A stretch of DNA of 64,000 nt, from assembly GCF_006345805.1 (NCBI RefSeq), contig NC_042997.1, positions 18,662,001 to 18,726,000 on the forward strand, read 5' to 3'. Below the pieces are notes generated by a model. That model did no database searches and was not told the origin of the DNA. It saw nothing but the letters and a program-made list of their open reading frames with translations. A program made the translations under genes and the position numbers. Below are positions 56,652 through 64,000 of this stretch, one piece after another; the first letter of the stretch is position 1, and the number at the start of each line of letters is the position of its first letter. This stretch comes from Octopus sinensis (taxonomy: Eukaryota).

Positions 56652-56862
56652 CATCAGCATCATCGTTTAACATCTGCTTTCCATGCTAGCATGGGTTGGA
56701 CGATTTGACTGAGGACTAGCAAACCAGATGGCTGCACCAGGCTTCAATCTTGATTTGGCAGAGTTTCTACAGCTGGATGCCCTTCCTAATGCCAACCACT
56801 CCGAGAGTGTAGTGGGTGCTTTTACGTGCCACCGGCATGTGGGTCAGTCAGATGGTACTAGC
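56652..56862 (-). mobile_element. SINE family S3
   Basis: Reverse complement of the 43686-43943 type (GGATGCCCTTCCTAATGCCAACC). Confidence 0.8.
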
Positions 56863-58009
56863 AACATAACAGTTAAATAGTAATAGAATTAATAGGGTTG
56901 TTGATGTTTAATCTGGATCTGCCATGATTGAGTTGAAATATGACAAAAGATCATCCAGTCATGACCATGCCAACAGTTTTTTATGAATTACACAAGGACT
57001 ATATTATCTAGTATGGCCTGCCTTGTTTAAGGTGGTAACATGTAATATGAGGGAAATTTTGCAACTATTCTTGCAAATCTAGTTTGCACTTATAAACCTC
57101 TCTCCTTAAATGGTGATCTACATGAATGTGAATTCGATTGTAAAATACAAATAAAAGTATTATAATATATATTGGCCTGTTATGATATAAAAAAGAGTGA
57201 GACATTCTTAAGCATACTGATGTAGAAATTAACATGGCTGGGAGAAAATAGCATCTTTTTGTTTATATATCTGTCTTTATAGAAGAAAACATCTTTTCCC
57301 CAATTTTCTATTTTATGATGGCAATCCTTTGGAACACCTCTTCTATCCACATATTTTCCTCCTAATTGTTTACCATCAGCACTTCAATATGAACATTTAA
57401 CCTCTCAACATAATCTAGTTAACCACATCATACAGTATTGAGCAGTTCACAAAATAAATAAATAGCAAACAGGAAACTGTTGACTATGCCCCCTATCTCA
57501 CAAAGACAAGCAGAAAAGAGAAACTCAAGTATAAGGGAATACTAAAATTACATCCCCAATTTTTAGACACATTTTTTTCTCCATGACATCAATAAGTCAA
57601 AGAGCAGATTTCATGCTTCAGTTACTATAGTAAACTATATTATTTATTTTGTCTAAAGAGAAAAGAATCTAAAGTGTTAATATAACAGGAATATATTCCA
57701 TGCGGAAGCTATACATCAGCTTCATATAACCATAAATAATATGACTTTCATAACATTCATTTATTTCCAATTAGTTTGTTTACCTGAGTTAAGAATTATT
57801 CCTTTAGAGACTCAATACCTCGACATTCAATAAGTCTATATTTGTCTTGTGTAAAAGTATATTACCTGTAGCGTATAACAGTTATAGAAGAAGTTAGTAA
57901 GTTATTGATAGAATACAAGGATATAATGAGATTTACCATTTATGTCAGTAGCAAAATAACCCACAGAAGACCATAGACTAAGTAATGAATACGCTCTCAT
58001 ATGTTATAT

Positions 58010-58267
58010 ATATATAAATGCACACATACATACACACATATATGTATATATATATATATATAATTATATACATACATACACACATATATGTATATATATA
58101 TATATATATAATTATATACATACATACATATATATACAGATGCATGCACACACACATATATACACATATGCATTATACATACATATACATACATTTATTT
58201 ATTTACGTATATCTATTTATCTATATCAATATTTATATATCTATATATATATGCCTCTATATGTGTG

Positions 58268-58307
<40 letters not shown>

Positions 58308-58513
58308 TATACATACATACACACATATATGTATATATATATATATATAATTATATACATACATACATATATATACAGATGCATGCACACACACATATAT
58401 ACACATATGCATTATACATATACATACATTTATTTATTTACGTATATCTATTTATCTATATCAATATTTATATATCTATATATATATGCCTCTATATGTG
58501 TGTATGTGTATAT

Positions 58514-58555
<42 letters not shown>

Positions 58556-58717
58556 ATATAATTATATACATACATACATATATATACAGATGCATGCACA
58601 CACACATATATACACATATGCATTATACATACATATACATACATTTATTTATTTACGTATATCTATTTATCTATATCAATATTTATATATCTATATATAT
58701 ATGCCTCTATATGTGTG

Positions 58718-58770
<53 letters not shown>
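58010..58770. repeat. Three tandem copies of a ~210-240-bp microsatellite-rich unit
   Basis: ATACAGATGCATGCACAC...ATTTACGTATATC...GCCTCTATATG recurs near 58134, 58374 and 58584. Confidence 0.9.
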
Positions 58771-58771
<1 letters not shown>

Positions 58772-58869
58772 GAGTGAAAGAAAGAGAAAGAGAGAGAATG
58801 AAAGAGGGAGAAAGAACGTAAGCTTCGTATGTGATAGATATACTGGTGCAGTATGTTCTTAGAGCACTC

Positions 58870-59420
58870 CAGAAATAGAGCCTGGCTGGCTCACTAGAAG
58901 TAGTCAATTGCTTTTGTTACCTATGGGATGTAGTTGAGAAGCAAGATGGTTACTCTGAAAGTGCAGCATCCAGAGTAACTATAGGTTTGAGGAAGTTCAT
59001 GGAGCTGCAACTGCTGTTAGGTACAAAGGTCTATTCCCTTAGAATAAAAGGCAGATTGTAATACACTTGTGTTAGAAAAGAGATACTGCATAGAAATGGG
59101 ATATTGGCCTTGAATGTAGAGGACCTGAGAAGAAAAGGAAGAAATGAAGCAAGCATGCTTCATTGGTTGTGCAATGTAAATGCACACAAACAACATGATA
59201 CAAATGTGCTGACAAAAAAACTAGGCATAAAAGTAATTGGATGTGGTGTGCAAGAAAGTAGACTGTACTGATAAGGTCATGTAATGCATATGGATGAGAA
59301 CATCTGTATAAAGCATCGCCACTCACTTAATGTGGATAAAGTTTTCAGAAAAAGGAAACTTAAGGAGGCATTGAAGAAAGGGGTGAATGCTACTCTCAGG
59401 ACTTTGAACCTCACAGAAGA
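58870..59420 (+). mobile_element. RTE-clade LINE 3' coding fragment, decayed
   Basis: Reconstructed across stops and frameshifts: LEVVNCFCYL, LRIKGRL, ALNVEDL, NEASMLHWLCNV, GHVMHMDE, LRTLNLTEEM. Confidence 0.8.
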
Positions 59421-59799
59421 GATGATAAGCCAACTCATGAAACTGAATTTGGCAAGTGCTGTGCATGTATACACATATATATCTCCAACTGGGCCTATTG
59501 CCTAATTTCCTCCTCAAGATGCTCCATTATCTATCTTCTCTCTAACTTCAGCTTTTCTGATACTTCTAATCATTTTCACTACTTGGAACCATATCCCTTA
59601 GTTTTTTTTTTTCACCACTCCATTCTTTGAACCCACCTTCGTTCCATTTTTTCTTGTGATTTTTCATTTTGTATTGTATTGATTTGTAACTTGTATACGT
59701 CATGTGCCTAGAGCCTGAAGATTACTTGGAGACACTAGGTGCATTTTAAAACCTGTATGAAACTATTAGTAACCCATAACTATATAATGTGTGTATGTA

Positions 59800-60720
59800 T
59801 ATGGGAATGAGAATGCCCCTCCCCCAACTATGCAAACCTGTTCGTTGGCTATGTTGAGGCACAAATATTCTCACAATTCACTGGTCCCACTCCTGAACTA
59901 TACAGTCATTATATTGATGACTGTATTGGTGTGACCTCACTCTCCCATGAACAACTAGACTCCTTCCTCTCTTTTGACCAGGCCTTACATCCTGCCCTCA
60001 AATTCCACTGCACTATTTCTAACTCTTCCATCAAATTTCTTGACATTTCTGTCAGTATACACCACTCCGCTCTCACTACCTCCATCCACTATAAACACAC
60101 CGATTCACACTCCTACCTTAACTTCTCGTCTTCCCACCCTACCCACCTGAAGCTCTCCATCCCCTACTCCCAATACCTCCATCTGCACAGGCTCTGCATT
60201 GACAACCATGACTTTGAGACATTACTAGACTCATGTTTCACCACTTCATCCTTCATGGATATCCCCCCACCACTATCCACACTGCCCTTGCCAGGGCATT
60301 TTCCATGGTCTGTGCATCACCCACGTTGATGTACTTGCCCCTACCACTCCAACACCACCATCCTCATAGGCATCCATCATCGTCCCTATCACATCACCGA
60401 CTCCTTTACCTTCACTTCTAGTAATGTCATTTACAGCATCTCCTGCTCTTTCTGCTCTTCCCTGTACATCAGTCGAAAGGTATGCTGCTTGGCTGACCTG
60501 TTTGTGGAACACCTCTGAGACATCAGACTCAGCAATGACACCCTGGTCTCGTGTCACTTCTGCTCTACTGGTCATTCACTACAACATCTGTCAGTGTTCA
60601 GACTGTCTTTGCACAGAGGCCACCCGGACTCCTGCCTACCCAATGAACTGGAATTAATCTTCTCTTTTTGCTCCTTTGCACCACATGGGCTCAACTCCTT
60701 TCCTCTCTTCATTTGGCACC
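59800..60720 (+). mobile_element. PLE fragment: RT core/thumb plus GIY-YIG endonuclease
   Basis: MGMRM..NYANLFVGYVE, YIDD at 59910-59921, KFLD, HYKHTDSHSYLNFSSSHP, SSNVIYSISCSFCSSLYIS..EHL, APHGLN; the CxxC between the GIY and YIG-like motifs suggests Neptune type. Confidence 0.88.
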
Positions 60721-60769
60721 TGCTTCCACTTTTCACTCCTACCTACTTTCTCTCTTCGCTGATAACATC

Positions 60770-61830
60770 CCCAACCCTCAGCTTACTCAACAAATGAAGA
60801 AGCATGCTGTTATTGTGGTTATAAAGGCTGAGCATAGCGATTTAGAAATATCTCAATTTTTAGAAGTTGCTAGATCTTTCACCTACAAAGTTTGTAAGGA
60901 GCTAGCTACTGAAGATAGAAATGTTTCATGAGTATCAAAGCATAAAAAGCATTCTAAATACTCTGAGATCACCAGAACACCTGAATTTATCCAGCAAGTT
61001 CAACAAACCATTGATTACAATCTCAGAAAGTTCATGAGGTCAATTGCAAAAGATCTCCATGTGTCAGAAGGAACAATCAGAAATGCTGTCCACGAAGACA
61101 TCAGATATGTCTTATATGATGAGGAAAGGTCAGTTTATCTGAAAAATCAAAAGGAAATCACTACATCAGATCTAAAAGGCTCTTAAACAAACAGAAATAT
61201 CCAGCAGAAAAAGATTTGATTTGGTTTTTCTCAAACAAGAAAAATTTTGACCACGACCAAAAAGCTAACAGAAGAAATGACAGATGGATATGTGCAGACC
61301 CTTCTGAAGTTTCAAGTGTTATGCATATAAAATTTCCTACAACTGTTATGGATTTAGGGCTTGTCAGCAATGATGGACATGTGATGCCTCCTTACTTCTT
61401 TCCACAAAGCCATAGAATTAACTCTGCTGCCTATATTGAGGTCCTGGAAATAATTGACAAGCCCTGGATAGACAGTGTATGCAATGGAAGGCTATATGTG
61501 TTTCAGTAAGACTCTGCACTATCATACATGGCTATAGTAACACAGGAATGGATGGCTAAAAATTTTCATGATCACATAAGCCCTAACATTTGGCCTTCTA
61601 ATTCCACAGATCTCAATCCAGTGGGCTATTACATTTGGAGCATTGTTGAGAGACAGGTCAATGAACAAACACACCCATAATACCAAAGATTCTTTGAAAG
61701 CTGCCATAGTCAGAGTAATGTCCAAAATGAACCAGGACCACTTGATTCGAGCGTGTAAATGATTTAGATCTCATATGGAAGCAGTTGTTCAATCTGAAGG
61801 TGGCTTTATTGAATAACATTATAGGAAAGA
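60770..61830 (+). mobile_element. maT/DD37D-like Tc1/mariner transposon, degenerate near-complete transposase
   Basis: MKKHAVIVVIKAEHSDLEISQFL, FSNKKNFDHDQK, KFPTTVM, KPWIDSVC..YVFQ, WPSNSTDLNP; homologous to 13574-14355. Confidence 0.85.
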
Positions 61831-62038
61831 AGGCAGCTGTGACATAAGCCATGTCTTTCTATTTGAACCTTTTGAAAATCAGTGTAAACTGTGAAACTGG
61901 TTAAAGCTCCAAATATATTTCTAAAAATATTGTTACTATTCTCTGTATATTTTCAACTTCTCTTTTTCCTATATTCCTACCTGTGTAGAATAAAATACCT
62001 TTATTTTATATATATATATCTATATATCTATATCTATC

Positions 62039-62120
<82 letters not shown>

Positions 62121-62256
62121 GTTTAAGAGACAGAACTACCTTCAAGCAACTCAAACAACACTGAACAACATTATCTATGAAAGAAATATATCCGATTAAC
62201 TTTTATCAAAATTAATATCTACAACTACTATTCTGAATCATTGAATAAAATTATTT

Positions 62257-62362
62257 AGACAACGCGTGTTTCATTATAATATATCTATCGATATTTCTGA
62301 AATAGAAGGTTCTCGAAATTCAATACCATATCAATCCAACTATACTGCCAATCTTCAGGTCT
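62257..62362 (-). ncRNA. Candidate hammerhead with extended stem-II domain in a pLTR-like fragment (~62120-62520)
   Basis: Minus strand AGAC-CTGAAGA-[~79 nt]-GAAA-CACGCG-TT-GTCT; stem I 4 bp; stem II pairing poor in this copy. Confidence 0.5.
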
Positions 62363-62681
62363 GGATTATATAAAACTATTTTGCTATTTACATTGTATAT
62401 AAAGACATGACAATCAAAATTATACAACTAGAAATCGTTAAAATAATTTTTTATTACTAAAAAAAGAACAAAAATGAGGAATAAAAAATAATAATATTAA
62501 AAATTAGAAAAATAAGAAAACGAAATAGGAATATTAACTTATTATATATATATATATATGACTGAACTTGAAACCACATGGTTTCAGGTTCAGTCTGACT
62601 GTTTGACATATTGAGCAAGTGTATTTTACTAAAGCCTTAAGCCAACCAATGTCTTGCGAATGGATTGTATGTGAGCCTGTC

Positions 62682-62715
<34 letters not shown>

Positions 62716-64000
62716 GTATATATGAGTGTTTTTGTGTGTATGTGTATCTATGTATGTGTGTGTATCACATATGTGTGAGTGAGAATGCAGTTTTCATTTC
62801 TGTTTCTTCATGTGAAATCCCCTAAGCCCCAAAACGGTGATGTTGTATTTACAATCCCGGTGAACAACTTGTCCTGTAGCTCTGCATTTTCGAAGTTCAG
62901 TGAAATAAAAAAAATTCCTTTCAGAAAAAGAAAGATAATTGTTGGTGACAGAAAGAGCGTTTGGTCATAAAATACTGCCTTAAATGTGCATCCATGCAAC
63001 CTATGCCAGCATAGAAGAACAGCCCTGAAACATACGAATGAATATATGTATGTGTGCACGTGTGTACGTGCGTGTGTGTGTGTGTGTATGTGTATGCATT
63101 TACATATATGTATATAATGTATATGTATGTTTGTACATCTAGTTTGGATTAATGATTTCATTTCAATAAAAGAAATAGGTCAACAGATAGTGCTGATAAA
63201 AACCTACAGAAACACAACAACAACAACAAACAAATATGACTTCCCAGCACCGTAAAGCTATAATCTTTCATAGTTTGATCGTTAGAACTTTTAAGAGTTT
63301 TCCCACTTATATCTGAATTACTCCTAAGCAATTTCTTCATTTGGCACATGTGGGAGACATTTATAGAATAGAGTGAATCTGTTTTCTGTCAGTATTTCAT
63401 TTCTGGTGTCAGCTGAGGCAAGTCTGTTATATGCAAGTGACAAATGGCAAGTTAGGATTTATATCTCTCTGCCAAAATCCGACAAGGAAGAAGTATTAAA
63501 ATGCCATTTGACATCCTTTCTGACAGATCAAGCCAAATATAGATTCAAGGGTCTTCTTCTCTTGAATTGCAGCATATTGCATTGTAGAATTTCTTTCACT
63601 TCTTCAGTGAAGCAAGAATATTGGCAAATCTTAGTGACTTCACTTAATATTGATAATTTTATTGAATTGCTTATATATATATATATGTGGGCTGTGTATG
63701 TAGGTAGGTATGTACTTTTGATTTTAGTTCTCAAATTTTCTCTAAACAATTCCCTTTCAATGGAATTTAGACATTAACTAAGTAGTCATGTATATGAATA
63801 TTGGTAGGTATTTAATTATATATATACTCAAATACAACCCTACACACACAGATATATATATATATATATATACAAATACACACACACATTTATATATATA
63901 TACATATACATGTGTGTGTGTCTGTGTGTGTATGTGCATATATGCTTATATGTTTGTATGTCAATGCATGAGTGATTTTGTGTTTAGATTCATGTATGTG

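Noticed and set aside
59713-59775. CTGAAGA...GAAAC upstream of the PLE fragment
   Set aside because: Flanks do not form stem I.

Overview
AT-rich, repeat-saturated eukaryotic DNA. The SINE families, microsatellite load and TE mix point to a coleoid cephalopod such as octopus (inference). No intact host gene, rRNA, true tRNA or CRISPR array is supported. Most entries in the ORF track are microsatellite read-through or decayed transposon coding sequence. The window holds four tRNA-derived/related SINE families, RTE-clade LINE fragments (one ending in three C2H2 fingers), mariner and maT/DD37D-type transposon relics, a piggyBac MITE, fold-back MITEs, a probable non-autonomous Helitron and several Penelope-like elements (PLEs). 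The most notable signal is a set of unrelated minimal type-I hammerhead-ribozyme motifs, most with a self-complementary stem III, sitting in PLE terminal repeats. One has an intact core, inside a 3.5-kb element with ~1-kb inverted arms and a long G/T-skewed modular body (19328-22817). Another carries a compensatory U3-A8 core pair in both arms of a second inverted-repeat element (27863-29010). Several near-identical tandem duplications may be assembly artefacts. Coordinates were counted by hand; boundaries of decayed elements are approximate.
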